Positions 1 to 14,112 of a DNA stretch of 64,000 nt are shown one piece after another (the stretch's first letter is position 1; every line of letters starts with the position of its first letter). Made by a program: the position numbers and the translations under genes. The notes under the pieces are model-generated. The model ran no database searches, was not told the DNA's origin, and saw only the letters and a program-made list of their open reading frames with translations. This DNA comes from Octopus sinensis (Eukaryota). The stretch spans positions 9,052,001 through 9,116,000 of the forward strand of contig NC_043008.1 of NCBI RefSeq assembly GCF_006345805.1, written 5' to 3'.

Positions 1-1039
1 ATTTGAGGATAAAAAAATTTGCAGGATTTAAATACAGAGTAGACCGAAAAAGGTACCTGATTAACTATGACACAGCGTCAGCAGACAACAGAAAATTTGC
101 GGCAACACAACCATCTTCAATGGTTTTGGTTAAAATCATATGATGCGAATTGTTATAGCTGCTTACTTATTCGAAAACTAAATTTACCTGAAGTCAGGCG
201 TCGATTTTCCCTTATTTTCGCTGTCTGATTGTCATTGTAGTTTTGGAAATTTATCTAGATTAATTTCATTTCCTATGGGCATCCTTCTCAATTTGAAACG
301 CTAGAAATACTCAAGACATTGAGCACTCTTCTACCAAATGTACATCCCCTCAAATATCTCTAGATCTATAAAGTAACTGATGTGATGTATGATGAAACTG
401 AACGTCACAGCACTGCCCCCGGGGGCATGCTGCGTCGGTTGAATGCCTTTCCATTATAAAAGCTCGTTTTTATTTATTTATCTATTTAATTAATTAATTA
501 TTTATTTATTTAATTATTTATTTGTCTATTTATTGACAGACCTTGTGAATTACTTTTTCCAGCCGTAACTGAAATAAACACACATCATTTCATCTAAGAG
601 ATGTTAGTTGGAAAGCTTTAAAATGTTGTTTGACTTAGTAACATAACTGTTCAAAAAACAAAAAAACTACAAACAACTCATATGTATGTAATGAAAGTAT
701 ACAATTATTAAAAGAAAATTGGTAAAACAAGATACATTTAGCTGCGCCTTCTCTTCGCAAAATCGAGGCGAAACGTTGGAGAAATGGTAACAACCTCTGC
801 TGCGTCTCATAATAAGGTTACAGTGAAATATTAAGTCAGGTGTAAGAGACAGACATGAATGACATCTCTTCAACAGATATGATGACGAGTGATGGCTGGG
901 CTAGCTCACTACTTTCATTCGTCTTCTTATCCTTTTCATTGATCAGATCTGATAATATCTTGAAGAAACCTATTTGTCACAGCTAAAGAAAGACATGAAC
1001 AGGTCTGTTCTCAAATGTGGATCACACATTGGTCGATAT

Positions 1040-2098
1040 CACTGGTTCTCAACTGGGGTCCATGTGACCTTTGAGGGTTTATATAAAATGTTATTGCTAT
1101 AGATTATGTGCAATAAATTGGTTATGCTTCTACAGTGCACAAAATATTTTAACAATTTTTTGAGTGGCTGTGTGGTAAGTAGCTTGCTTACCAACCACAT
1201 GGTTCCGAGTTCAGTCCCACTGCGTGGGACCTTAAGCAAATGTCTTCTACTGTAGCCTCGGGCCGACCAGAGCTTTGTGAGTGGATTTAGTAGACGGAAA
1301 CTGGTGTGTGTATGTATGTTTGTGTGTCTGTGTTTGTCCACCCAACATCGCTTGACAACCGATTGTGGTGTGTTTACGTGGCCGTTACTTAGCCGTTCGG
1401 TAAAAGAGACCGATAGCATAAGTACTAGGCTTACAAAAAATAAGTCCTGGGGTCGATTTGCTCGACTAAAGGCGATGCTCCAGCATGGCCATAGTCAAAT
1501 GACTGAAACAAATAAAAGAGTAAAAAGAGTAATTCCTAACAGTATTTAATTCTAAAAATATAACACTGTGCAAGAACTTTTTTTTCTTCTTTGGTCAGTA
1601 AGTATTATTTCCTATTTGCTTCTATCAAGAAACCAAAGAAAATCACGAATATACCCTACAAACTTTCCTTTTGTGACTTGGACCGCAAGTCACATTTCAG
1701 ACAGATTCAGCGCTAAGCTGCGGAAGCAGAAATATTGTTATAGCAAATATTCTGCCGAATACCATAGATTTGCTTGTGAGTTGCGTGACTTTAACCACTT
1801 GAGCATATCCCTTAATGACTGACAATATATGTATCCCTGATCATAAGCAGGAGGAATGAGGGAGTATCATGGCCATGTGTTGAGAGGGATTATTTGGGGT
1901 TGAAATAAATGTAACGGAAGCAAAGTTTTATGAAAATATTAGCAAACAAGGAATAACAGTTGCAACCCAAGGACAAAAGTTGTTTTACAAAATGTAATAG
2001 GATATTTTAAATTTTGGATGGCTATGAGGGTCCAGCCGAGTACAATATGGACCAAAGGGAGCCACAGGTAAAAGAAAAACAAAGGTTGAGAACCATTG
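1040..2098. mobile_element. Non-autonomous hAT-type MITE carrying nested insertions
   Basis: TIRs CACTGGTTCTCAACT (1040-1054) and GGTTGAGAACCATTG (2084-2098) match at 13/15. The 8-bp flanks gtcgatat and gtcatcat match at 5/8 and may be a decayed hAT TSD. SINE family A sits inside at 1162-1532. Confidence 0.65.
1162..1532 (+). mobile_element. tRNA-derived SINE, family A (CORE-like)
   Basis: A-box-like TGGCTGTGTGGTA, B-box-like GGTTCCGAGTTCAGTCCC, CORE-like ACCTTAAGCAAATGTCTT, internal (GT)n and an AAAAGAGT-repeat tail. At least 8 copies occur in the window. Confidence 0.9.
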
Positions 2099-2185
2099 GT
2101 CATCATGGTCACATATGGATTCACAGAAGTCGGATTTGGTGCATAATCATCCTCAAACCACGAAAATTCCTGACGATGAAATATA

Positions 2186-2515
2186 CCGTATTTGATGGCC
2201 TAGAAGACGCATGCGTGCATAGGCTATAATTTTGTAAAATAAATTACCACTAAAATAATGTTTTAATTCCTCTACTTGCCTGTATAATTTTATGTCATTA
2301 TCGCTAATTATAACCACTTTATTGTATCTACATTCGATATAAACATACTGTAGGCGATTGTTCACCAATAGATGGCAGCACACGTTTTGTAAACATACAT
2401 ACCGTTTTGAGCGAGTTTTGAGCCTACATTGAGTACAATGGAGGCAGTGGAATATTTAAAACCATTTTGGGGTAAAAAGAAAAAAAAGGTGCCTCTTATA
2501 GGCCATCAAATACGG
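2186..2515. mobile_element. Tc1/mariner-pogo-type MITE
   Basis: TIRs CCGTATTTGATGGCCTAGAAGACGCA and TGCCTCTTATAGGCCATCAAATACGG. Flanked by TA on the left and TG (probably a mutated TA) on the right. Confidence 0.75.
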
Positions 2516-2901
2516 TGTGTGTATATGAGTGTATGTATATATGTGCATGTGAAACTTCCCGTACGAGATGAGTAAATGTATAAAATGATAAAAGAGTATG
2601 CAAATGCCGATTATCTTTACACGAAGTTATATGAGTTTTCAAAAGGTACAATAATGTGTTTCCGTTAAGTTTTAACGATACTAGGGTCCAAATGTCTGTT
2701 TTCTAAGAATCTGTGATTTTCAGACGATCGATCCGCTTCATAGATTCTTGTAAGAGGCGGAAATATGAAACCAAATTTTATTGAAACAGTCTTTTGTTAG
2801 ATACCATTTCAGTGCCGGGGGCGCTTTTCATTTATCTTATAAAATTATATTAATAACGCTTAACATCGATTTATTGAAAATATCAATATCAATATGTATA
2901 A

Positions 2902-3180
2902 GTGTGTGTGTGTGTGTGTGTGTGTGTGTAGGTTTATGTGTGTGTGTCTGTGTCTGTGCGAGTGCACAATTGTGTAAATGTGTGTACACAAGTATTTATA
3001 TATAAATATCTATATATATAAATATATGTGCATATGTAATGTGGGTGTGTACACACCTCATATACATAACTACTTTAAGAATTTCAATATATTATAATCA
3101 TAAATATACATAAATACATAATATGTGCGTGTCTGTGTGAGTATGTAATTGCATATATACATATATATATATATATATAT

Positions 3181-3216
<36 letters not shown>

Positions 3217-3609
3217 GGGTGTATACGTGTGCGTGTGTGTGTGTGTATTTATACATACCCGGATATATATACATATATATATACAGGTATACATAAATAA
3301 ATATATTTATTTACATATATACATATGCATATATATGTATTTATATATGTGTGTGTATTTATAGATATAACGCATATATATGTTTCTAAATATATGTACA
3401 TATTTATATACATACGTATACGTGTATGTAAGGATATGTTTTGTGTATAAATTTTTGCGTATAAGCAGCTATACACACATACACATGCACTCGCACACAC
3501 ACACACCTCACACCCCACACAGACACACACACCCCACACACACACACCCATATATATATTTATATGTGTGTATATATATGTGTATGTATATATATATATA
3601 TTATATATA

Positions 3610-3658
<49 letters not shown>

Positions 3659-3663
3659 ATATC

Positions 3664-3730
<67 letters not shown>

Positions 3731-4047
3731 CATATACATATATATATCATAGGTTTTACTTTAATGACAGTCCAATCGAATATTTAATAATTCTTTTGAT
3801 GTATTTCAAAACTTCTAAGATAAAATGATTTGCCTTCTTCTCATATATTTTAAAAGGGACACATCTCGATGAAGCTATACCTTCTTTATGCTTGATTTTC
3901 CTAACACAAAGTTTCCTTTCTTTAACTAATCTGGCAATTTTATATTTACCATACGTTAATTCGCATCTATGCAAAACAGAAAAATATGATAATAAAAATA
4001 ATGATACTATAGTACACATTGCAAAAATAAATACTACAATAATGATG

Positions 4048-4087
<40 letters not shown>

Positions 4088-4107
4088 CAACAACAATAAT
4101 AATAATA

Positions 4108-4152
<45 letters not shown>

Positions 4153-4169
4153 TAATAATAATAATAACG

Positions 4170-4200
<31 letters not shown>

Positions 4201-4217
4201 TAATAATAATAATAACG

Positions 4218-4257
<40 letters not shown>

Positions 4258-4370
4258 TAATAATAACAATAATGATAATAATAATAACAACATTAAAAAT
4301 AATAATAATAATGATAATAATAACAATTATAGCAACATCAAAAACAACAGTAATAATGATAATATGGTGG

Positions 4371-4419
<49 letters not shown>

Positions 4420-5221
4420 TAATAATAATAATAATATTAATAATAATGTGTATGACGATGGTTTCTTTAATTTCCCCAAGGATACTCAAAGAAGATTGTA
4501 CTGCAACACACTTATAATTCAAATAAGCAAGTATCAGTAAAATATTGTAGAAATGCGAGTGTGTGTGTGTGTGTGTGTGTGTGTGTAGGTTTATGTGTGT
4601 GTGTCTGTGTCTGTGCGAGTGCACAATTGTGTAAATGTGTGTACACAAGTATTTATATATAAATATCTATATATATAAATATATGTGCATATGTAATGTG
4701 GGTGTGTACACACCTCATATACATAACTACTTTAAGAATTTCAATATATTATAATCATAAATATACATAAATACATAATATGTGCGTGTCTGTGTGAGTA
4801 TGTAATTGCATATATACATATATATATATATATTATATATATATATATATATACATGGGTGTATACGTGTGCGTGTGTGTGTGTATTTATACATACCCGG
4901 ATATATATACATATATATATACAGGTATACATAAATAAATATATTTATTTACATATATACATATGCATATATATGTATTTATATATGTGTGTGTATTTAT
5001 AGATATAAACGCATATATATGTTTCTAAATATATGTACATATTTATATACATACGTATACGTGTATGTAAGGATATGTTTTGTGTATAAATTTTTGCGTA
5101 TAAGCAGCTATACACACATACACATGCACTCGCACACACACACACCTCACACCCCACACAGACACACACACCCCACACACACACACCCATATATATATTT
5201 ATATGTGTGTATATATATGTG

Positions 5222-5300
<79 letters not shown>

Positions 5301-5319
5301 ATATTTATATGCATATATA

Positions 5320-5367
<48 letters not shown>

Positions 5368-5688
5368 CATACATATACATATATATATCATAGGTTTTAC
5401 TTTAATGACAGTCCAATCGAATATTTAATAATTCTTTTGATGTATTTCAAAACTTCTAAGATAAAATGATTTGCCTTCTTCTCATATATTTTAAAAGGGA
5501 CACATCTCGATGAAGCTATACCTTCTTTATGCTTGATTTTCCTAACACAAAGTTTCCTTTCTTTAACTAATCTGGCAATTTTATATTTACCATACGTTAA
5601 TTCGCATCTATGCAAAACAGAAAAATATGATAATAAAAATAATGATACTATAGTACACATTGCAAAAATAAATACTACAATAATGATG

Positions 5689-5735
<47 letters not shown>

Positions 5736-5774
5736 TAATAATATAATAATAATAACAATAATATAATAATAACG

Positions 5775-5811
<37 letters not shown>

Positions 5812-6017
5812 TAATATAATAATAACGATAATAATAATAATATAATAATAATAATAATAATAATATAATAATAATAATAATAATGATAATAATAACAATA
5901 ATGATAATAATAACAATAATGATAATAATAATAACAACATTAAAAATAATAATAATAATGATAATAATAACAATTATAGCAACATCAAAAACAACAGTAA
6001 TAATGATAATATGGTGG

Positions 6018-6086
<69 letters not shown>

Positions 6087-6206
6087 TTAATAATAATGTG
6101 TATGACGATGGTTTCTTTAATTTCCCCAAGGATACTCAAAGAAGATTGTACTGCAACACACTTATAATTCAAATAAGCAAGTATCAGTAAAATATTGTAG
6201 AAATGC

Positions 6207-6208
<2 letters not shown>
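2902..6208 (+). repeat. Tandem duplication of a ~1.65 kb unit (about 2902-4558 and 4559-6208)
   Basis: Non-microsatellite segments are essentially identical (e.g. 3750-4045 vs 5391-5686; the ORF track gives identical peptides at 3756..4019 and 5397..5660). Unit boundaries fall in (GT)n tracts. Confidence 0.9.
4045..4445. repeat. (AAT)n microsatellite (second copy about 5686-6095)
   Basis: Direct reading; source of the poly-I/L/Y ORFs in the track. Confidence 0.95.
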
Positions 6209-6247
<39 letters not shown>

Positions 6248-6441
6248 GTGTGTGTGTGTGTATGTGTGTGTGTGAATCTGTTTGTCTGTCTGTGCGAGTG
6301 CGCATGGATTTTTATGTGATAAAAACGACCGAAAACAACAAAAATCTATACGTATGTTTTTAAAACACACCAGATATAAATGTGTGTACATATATATGCG
6401 TGTGTGAGTGTGTGTCTGTGTGAGTATACACACACACACAC

Positions 6442-6472
<31 letters not shown>

Positions 6473-6606
6473 AATGTTTATATATATATATGTATATGTA
6501 TATATATAGGCATACATGTACATATGTATACTTACAACTATATAGCGAGTGAAAAAGAGCACTATATATCGATACAGAGGCAGATAGATATGTATATATG
6601 TATATG

Positions 6607-6678
<72 letters not shown>

Positions 6679-6799
6679 ATATATAATATATATATATATG
6701 TATGTATGTAGTTATGTATATATACGTATGCATATATATATTATATATACATGTATATATGTATATATACTTATATGAATATGTACATCTAAATACATA

Positions 6800-6944
6800 T
6801 ACACATACACATACATACATACATACATACATACATACATACACACATACATACATACATACATACATACATACATACATACATACATACATACATACAT
6901 ACATACATACATACATACATACATACATACATACATACATACAT
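6800..6944. repeat. (ACAT)n microsatellite
   Basis: Direct reading. Confidence 0.95.
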
Positions 6945-6947
6945 AAC

Positions 6948-7135
6948 CTTGGCGTGAACAGACGTATATTTTGGCGAGGCAGACTTGTCTCTGAATTTTC
7001 GATGATTTCTTTTCCTAGCATTAATGTCCAATTATCAGCCTTTTTAAATACTGTGTATTCTTCAGAATTCATCCATTGAAGAAATCTTTTATTCAAAATC
7101 GTAGAGATATTTCTTCTAAACCTGAATCTGTCCTG
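6948..7135 (-). CDS. Candidate internal coding exon, unknown protein ([62 protein letters not shown])
   Basis: 188-nt stop-free frame between a possible acceptor (cattcgttctcag|) and a weak donor (AAG|GTTATG). Composition is protein-like but I recognise no domain. Confidence 0.25.
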
Positions 7136-7750
7136 CTGAGAACGAATGCAAATATGGCTGGAGAAACATTGGCGAAAGCCCATAAATTTAATCATTATAA
7201 TGCTAGTCATACAAGAAATTCAAATTAGAAAGTATATTTTCCTTGGAGTTATGATGTGAAAAACGACTTACATAATTGCTATAAAATAGTCAAATACGAT
7301 CCCTCAAGTCGCAATATAAATAGAGGACTTCACCCAGAGCGAAATTTTTTCCTAGCAAAACAATTGCAGCAACAAGCGACATTTGGTAGAACGGAATTGG
7401 GAAGATTTTGATTGTATTTTTATTCTTCACTGAGAGGCAACTTCACAAATAATAAACGAATATATAACAGTTAATAAAGCGTACCTCCCTACAGCATTTA
7501 TATTATTACGTGCGACAACACATCTGAGTACGACAATTACTATATTACCTAAAAGAAGAGCTGATAATCCAGATAACTTAGCTGCCAATAATTATTGCAG
7601 AGGCGACCATGTTGTGAATGCATAGGCATTGAGGTAAGCGAGGGGAAATATCAAAAGTTGAAACTTATTTTTGATGAAATTTTCAAAGGAAAGATTAATA
7701 ATTTTTATGACTGCATTTTGACTATATATCGTTTCTAACTAGAAAGGCAT

Positions 7751-8207
7751 TGTGGTAAGTAGCTTGCTTACGAACCTCATGGTTCCGGGTTCAGTCCCAC
7801 TGCGTGGCACCTTGGGCAAGTGTCTTCTACTATAGCCTCGGGCCGACCAAAGCCTTGCGAGTGGATTTGGTAGACGAAAACTGAAAGAAACCCGTATATG
7901 TATATATGTGTGTGTGTGTGTGTGTGTGTATGTGTGTGTGTGTGTCTGTGTGTCTGTGTATGTGTCTGTATTTGTGTGTGTATGTTTGTGTGTCTGTGTT
8001 TGTCCCCCAACATCGCTTGACAACCGATGCTGGTGTGTTTACGTCCCCGTAACTTAGCGGTTCGGCAAAAGTGACCGATAGAATAAGTACTAGGCTTACA
8101 AAGAATAAGTCCTGGAGGGTCGATTTGCTCGACTAAAAGCGGTGCTCCGGCATGGCCACAGTCAAATGACTGAAACCAGCAAAAAGAATAAAAGAGTAAA
8201 AGAGTAA
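7751..8207 (+). mobile_element. SINE family A, slightly 5'-truncated
   Basis: Colinear with 1162-1532 and 63692-64000. Confidence 0.9.
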
Positions 8208-8534
8208 CTGAAAAAAATATCTTATGTACTGAAGACCATCTTCTACGTGGGGGTAGTGATAGGTGTAAATAAATATACAGGTAAATATAATATAAATATA
8301 AGGTGTAAATAAATATATAGTTTCACTTTTCACCAGCGTAAATTGAAAAGCAAAATAGATGAAAAAGAAGTCTTTAATATAAACTGATATCATGGGATTT
8401 AGAAATGAGTCTCTAAGAGAGTACTTTCCGACTGATAACCACGGATATTCACCCACAAAGCTTTCACAACTATACTGGAACAAGTCATCACAAGAGAAGA
8501 TATATATACATATCAGCCATTCATGCAGAGCTAT

Positions 8535-9003
8535 CTCTTCTACTCTAGGCACAAGGCCCAAAATTTTGGGGCAGAGGGCCAGTCGATTAGATCGACTCCA
8601 GTGCGTAACTGGTACTTATTTAATCGACCCCGAAAGGATGAAAAGCAAAGTCGACCTCGGCGGTATTTGAACTCAGAACGTAACGGCAGACGAAATACTG
8701 CTAAGCATTTCGCCCGTCGCGTTAACGTTTCTGCCAGCTCGCCGCCTTCTTAAAGACAGGCGAAATACCTATTTCTTTACTACCCACAAGGGGCTAAACA
8801 TCGAAGGGACAAAGAAGGACAGAAAAAGGGATTAAGTCGATCATATCGACCCCAGTGCGTAACTGGTACTTATTTAATCGACCCCGAAAGGATGAAAGGC
8901 AAAGTCAACCTCGGCGGAATTTGAACTCAGAACGTAACGGCAGACGAAATACGGCTACGCATATCACCCGGCGTGCTAACGGGTCTGCCAGCTCGCCGCC
9001 TTC
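8535..9003 (-). mobile_element. SINE family B dimer (monomer 8535-8750 plus tail-2 copy 8756-9003)
   Basis: The reverse complement starts GGCGGCGAGCTGGCAGAA (A box), has GAGTTCAAATTCC (B box) and the central CCTTTCATCCTTTCGGGGTCGAT motif, which resembles the Meta-type SINE domain (from recall). Two different tails are present. Confidence 0.9.
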
Positions 9004-9639
9004 ACGCAGGGCTATCTTACTCGAAAGTTTCAAAGTGACAGAAGCGTAGAAAACCAAAAAGTGATATATTTTGGACTAACATTCAGCATTAAAAGCAGAT
9101 TTTACTTTGAATAATATGTTTTTGCCATACAGGATACGTAACCAACTGCACTAACATTTATATATCTAATCTGGGTTTCACAAAACCAGAAAGAACACAT
9201 CTAATTAAGAAACTACAGCTACAAGCTATAAAAGGTTTTGTGAAAATATGTTAAGCATTTCAGAAGTTTAACATGTAATAAATGTATATATGCAGATGTA
9301 GACATGAAAACATTTGTGCGTACATACATGCAGAAGTCAAAACATACATATCCACACAAGTAATTACATCCATACCTGAATACATGTATACGCATGCAAA
9401 TGCAAGCGCACATACATGTATACTTATAGATATGCATGCCCACTTGAACACACACATACCTACATACATACATTCACGCATACACATATACACACACATA
9501 CACACACATACACATACATACACACATACATGTATACTTACAGGTATGCATGCTCACTTGAACACACACACACACACACACCTACATACATACACGCATA
9601 CATACATAAACAAACATGCATATCTACGTACACTCATAC

Positions 9640-10203
9640 ACACACACATATATATATACATACATACATACATACAAACATACATGCATACATACAAACA
9701 TACAAACATACATACATACATACATACAAACATACATACAAACATACATACATACAAACATACATACATACACATACATACATACATACACATACATACA
9801 TACATACAAACATACATACATACATACATACATACATACATACAAACATACATACATACATACATACAAACATACATACAAACATACATACATACATACA
9901 TACATACATACATACATACAAACATACATACATACATACAAACATACATACATACATACATTCATACATACATACAAACATACAAATATACATACATACA
10001 TACATACATACATACATACAAACATACATACATACATACATACATACATACAAACATACATACAAACATACATACGTACATACATACATACATACATACA
10101 TACATACATACATACAAACATACATGCATACATACATACATACAAACATAAATACATACATACATACATACATACATACATACATACATACATACATACA
10201 TAC
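9640..10203. repeat. Long (ACAT)n/(ACAA) compound microsatellite
   Basis: Direct reading. Confidence 0.95.
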
Positions 10204-12484
10204 ATGTGCGATTGCCTCTGTTGCTGCTGTCTAAATTCTAATTTCTTCCTTGATGAGAAAAAGTAACCATAAAACCTATAAAACCTACATTACGCTTGTT
10301 TACAATTGGTCCTCAAAGAAAATTAAAATAACGAGAACAGAGATCAGCAGGTAAGAGGTCATTGAAAACTCAGGATGTCTATCAACGTTTATTCTAAGTG
10401 ACATTCTTACACACTTTCCATAAAATCTACCCGACAATAATACCTCACTCTTCTCACGTATCTTCCTTAACGACAGGGATGAGTGTTTCGTTTTCACTTT
10501 AAAATGACTTGACTACATAACTTCTAAATTTGTCTATCTCAATACTTTAATCCCTGCAGCCATCGAACAGAGTAACAAATAATAATGAAGCGTCAAGATG
10601 CTAGAAACTGAACCTGTTGCTAGTCACTCGGATTCCTCGACACACCGGTTAAATCTCCTTGAAACTGCGTCTTTGTTTTCTCGCATAATGTAAGATATAG
10701 TCCAGTTTAAGCCCCACCTGAAAAAAAACAGTATGTTAAGGAGAGAATATTATTGATCATAGATAAGGTTGGTCAGAGTCGATCAGTTGTGGACCTCAAC
10801 GTGATCGATTTTGTAGTGGTGTAGGTAGTTAAATAGTTGAATGATCTGCCTTGCAAGAAAGATTATAGAATAACCTCACTTTTCTAAGTTTCTCGAAGAT
10901 ATATTCCTTCAAATTCCGAGCTAATAAAGGAGCATCGACAGTTAAAAATGATAGTCGTATCTCGCCCAAATCACATCTTCAACTGAAACAGCACATTGAA
11001 TAATGTAGTCCTTGATACACTATGTCTGAATGAATGCCGGAAATGTTTTGATTATACATTTGTTTCACCATGGCTGACATGGAGATAAACCACTCTAACA
11101 ACCAATTGTCCACTCATGTCTTTGTGAATAAAAGGTTACAGAAAACTCCTCTGAGCCATGGTTTCCGAAAAGCTTTATAAAATAAAAGTTTTATTTTACA
11201 CAAAGTCAATTAGTATAGAGGAAAATGTTATCGGAAAAACATTCAAAACACAATATATATAACTGATACTCATTTCATTGAATCTGTTTCAGTAAAAGAC
11301 AACAAGGTTGGCAGTGGATTTGATCTCGGAAACTAATTTTCAAAACTTATATTGAAGCGAATCATGTTATATATCAGAATGCATTTTCGTCAAATCTTTG
11401 CAACATTTTACATAATTCCAGTAGATATTTATTTTAATTATTAATTAAATCGAAGATTATTTCATTGCAAGTTTACTATTTGACGGTATTTTACTCTTTA
11501 ATAGCACCTAAACATTTATAATTTCATTATACATGTTTTCTCCTTTCATTACACATTTTGTTGCCTCGTTTCCTATACAAACGTTTTGTATTGTTAACAT
11601 CATGTTTTGCTTTAATGTTTGTTTTCATGCAAATGTGAATATTGATTGCAACTGCATTTAATGACATATTTTTCTATTTTCGCTACTTTTTTTCCCTCTT
11701 CAGGTTAATGTCTTATCTACATTATTTCATATAATTTTCATTTTTACTTTTGTTCTTATGTTTCATTTTTAATTAAAATTTCCTTTAAATATGTCCGTAC
11801 ATACGATTGTACGTGTACAAAAGTAAATATATGCGCGTATATGTGTGGGTTTCTATGCGAATATACAGATATATATGTGTGTATCCGTATATATCTATAT
11901 ACCCAACGTATTGCTAGCCTTATATGCGTATCAAAAATTCCGTTATCTTTGTTGTTATTTTCGTTATTACGATAATACATAAATTATTATTTTTATTATC
12001 ATTATTATTCTATCGGCATTATTTTCTTGGTATCTATGTTTATCGATAATTCTGTTAACTTTAGAACATAGATAAAACGAAAAACAAAACCCAAAAATAT
12101 TGACAATAAAAATTAAAATTATACAATATTCAATTAATCAAAGATAGTTTATTGTGTTTCATTGATATTTTAAACTTTTAATAGGTTTACTTTGCAAAAA
12201 TCGAAAATTCTACTAACAATGATAGGTAAATTTAAAGCTTTTTGTGTCTGTAGAAAAAAATAACATTTAGGTTTTGAAGTTTAGTGAGGTTGTTAGTAGA
12301 AAAATAATTCATGCTTTTACTTTATACATAAATGTAGTTATATGTGTGTGTATATCTGTATTTACGTACGTTATATGTATGTGCGTATGACTGTATTTAT
12401 GCATGTATGTATGTATGTATGTATATATATAGAGAGAGAGAGGAGAGAGAAAGAGAGGGAAAGAGAGAGTGAAATAGATAGGCC

Positions 12485-12587
<103 letters not shown>

Positions 12588-12687
12588 GTGCAGACAGACA
12601 TATAAAGCAGAGAAAAGACAGACTGACAGACATACATTAAATATATATGTATATTATCCGAAACGTACAGTGTTATATATCCATCAC

Positions 12688-12765
12688 GGCTGAATTTACC
12701 AATCGGTTTTGCGCTAGTAACACAACAAAACGATTATATAACCGTACGCTCATCAGAGTTAACCG
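12688..12765 (-). ncRNA. Degenerate type I hammerhead-like motif
   Basis: Minus strand reads CTGATGA-GCG..(37 nt)..CGC-AAAA-CCGATTGG-TA-AATTCAGCC. G12 is mutated to A and stem I is imperfect. Confidence 0.45.
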
Positions 12766-13220
12766 ATCACCCGTGGAAATTCCACAGTATTCTGAAAACA
12801 CTAAGATGGAATTTCTAGAGAACCATTTGTATATATATTTTCTGCTGAACTTTTTTTCAACATTTGATGCTTTAGAGAGTCCGCATAGGCAGTACTGAAT
12901 GCGTGGTGTTAAGAGATAACATCTCTGAAAGTTATATTTCGTGTTATACACTTGTCACCTCTTCTACCTTGATAGGTATTTTCACTTTTCATTTTACGTC
13001 AAGACTTTAAGTCTACGCAATGGAATGATAAACATAATCTGTTTATAATTTTATTCCGCTATTATATGAATTGAGTTGGTGAAGCTTCAGAATATCTTAA
13101 TACCCGCTATTGCATCCATAGCTTCATGTCAGAGTAAAGATCAAATATTTGGACTTGAATTCACAATCCGTGTGAATTAAGTATGGTAGCTGGTCTAAAA
13201 CAAACATATCACAGTAATAG

Positions 13221-13420
13221 AGGCATAGAAATTGCTGTACGGTTAAAATGGTAGCTTCACAATCATATGTTATTGAGTTTAGTCCAACTGTGTATCATAG
13301 TTTCTTCTACTGTGGCCTCCCGATACTTCAAGCTTAGAGAGAAATTTCGGGAACGGGTGCAGTCTGAAAATCCATCGTACACGTGTGTGTGAGAGAGTTT
13401 GTGTCTGTTTAGCCTTATAC
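13221..13420 (+). mobile_element. Old, diverged SINE family A copy
   Basis: Residual similarity (gagtttagtccaactg, tttcttctactgtggcctc, ctgaaaatccatcgta) followed by (GT)n. Confidence 0.55.
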
Positions 13421-13622
13421 AATTTAAAACCATTGATGTCCATACCGTAACACAGACGTGGACAAATACATATTGACAAAATATGTGACAGACTGAAAAT
13501 AATTGCTGCTGTCGATATGCTTGATATAGACTATTGGACACGATAATGGCTGTAATCTAAAACACGGCAAAAAAAAAACACCCAGCAGATAAAACAAGGT
13601 ATATGTATGCGTATATATATTA

Positions 13623-13978
13623 GAGGAGGTACCCAAAAGTAACAGAAAACGTTTTCTGTTTGACAAACGCGTTGTAGTTCAGGCTTCCACAGCTAGAAGC
13701 CACTTAGTGCGACCTCCAGGCATCAGTCTGCCGAACAGCGTCGTCGAGTGAAGTCGTACAGCTATGTGGTGTGTTTTTGTTTTGCAGTGCGTCTCCTCTG
13801 TTCGTCGATTTTTCCGATAACTGAAACTAAGGAACAGCATGCTTCCGCGAAATTCTGTTTTCTACTGGGGAAAAAATCGACCGAAACAGTTGTCATGCTT
13901 CAGACAGCTTACAAGGACGCTGCTATGAGCAAAACGCAAGTTTCAGAGTGGTTTTCATGCTTTAGGAATGGACATGAA
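13623..13978 (+). mobile_element. 5' fragment of a mariner transposon (left TIR plus N-terminal HTH)
   Basis: Starts after TA with GAGGAGGTACCCAAAAGTAAC. Translation KEQHASAKFCFLLGKKSTETVVMLQTAYKDAAMSKTQVSEWFSCFRNG matches the mariner/SETMAR-type N-terminal HTH pattern. Truncated by the microsatellite at 13979. Confidence 0.85.
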
Positions 13979-13990
13979 TAATAATAATAA

Positions 13991-14021
<31 letters not shown>

Positions 14022-14111
14022 ATGAGAAGAAGAAGAAGAAGAAGAAGAAGAAGAAGAAGAAGAAGAAGAAGAAGAAGAAGAAGAAGAAGAAGAAGAAGAA
14101 GAAGAAGAAGA
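13979..14111. repeat. (AAT)n(AAG)n microsatellite
   Basis: Direct reading. Confidence 0.95.
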
Positions 14112-14112
14112 A

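Noticed and set aside
414-427. 14 bp GC palindrome TGCCCCCGGGGGCA
   Set aside because: Isolated and short, with no supporting context.
2781-10266. Long ORFs in the track (e.g. 511, 289 and 272 aa; poly-I/Y/L, YVCM and HTYI repeats), and similar ones across the window
   Set aside because: They are translations of (TA)n, (AAT)n, (ACAT)n and (GATA)n microsatellites that lack stop codons in some frames, not genes.
10351-11703. Strong plus-strand splice-like sites (CAG|GTAAGA at 10350/10351; polypyrimidine-CAG at 11703)
   Set aside because: The flanking sequence has no sustained open frame; these could be UTR exons but cannot be supported from sequence alone.
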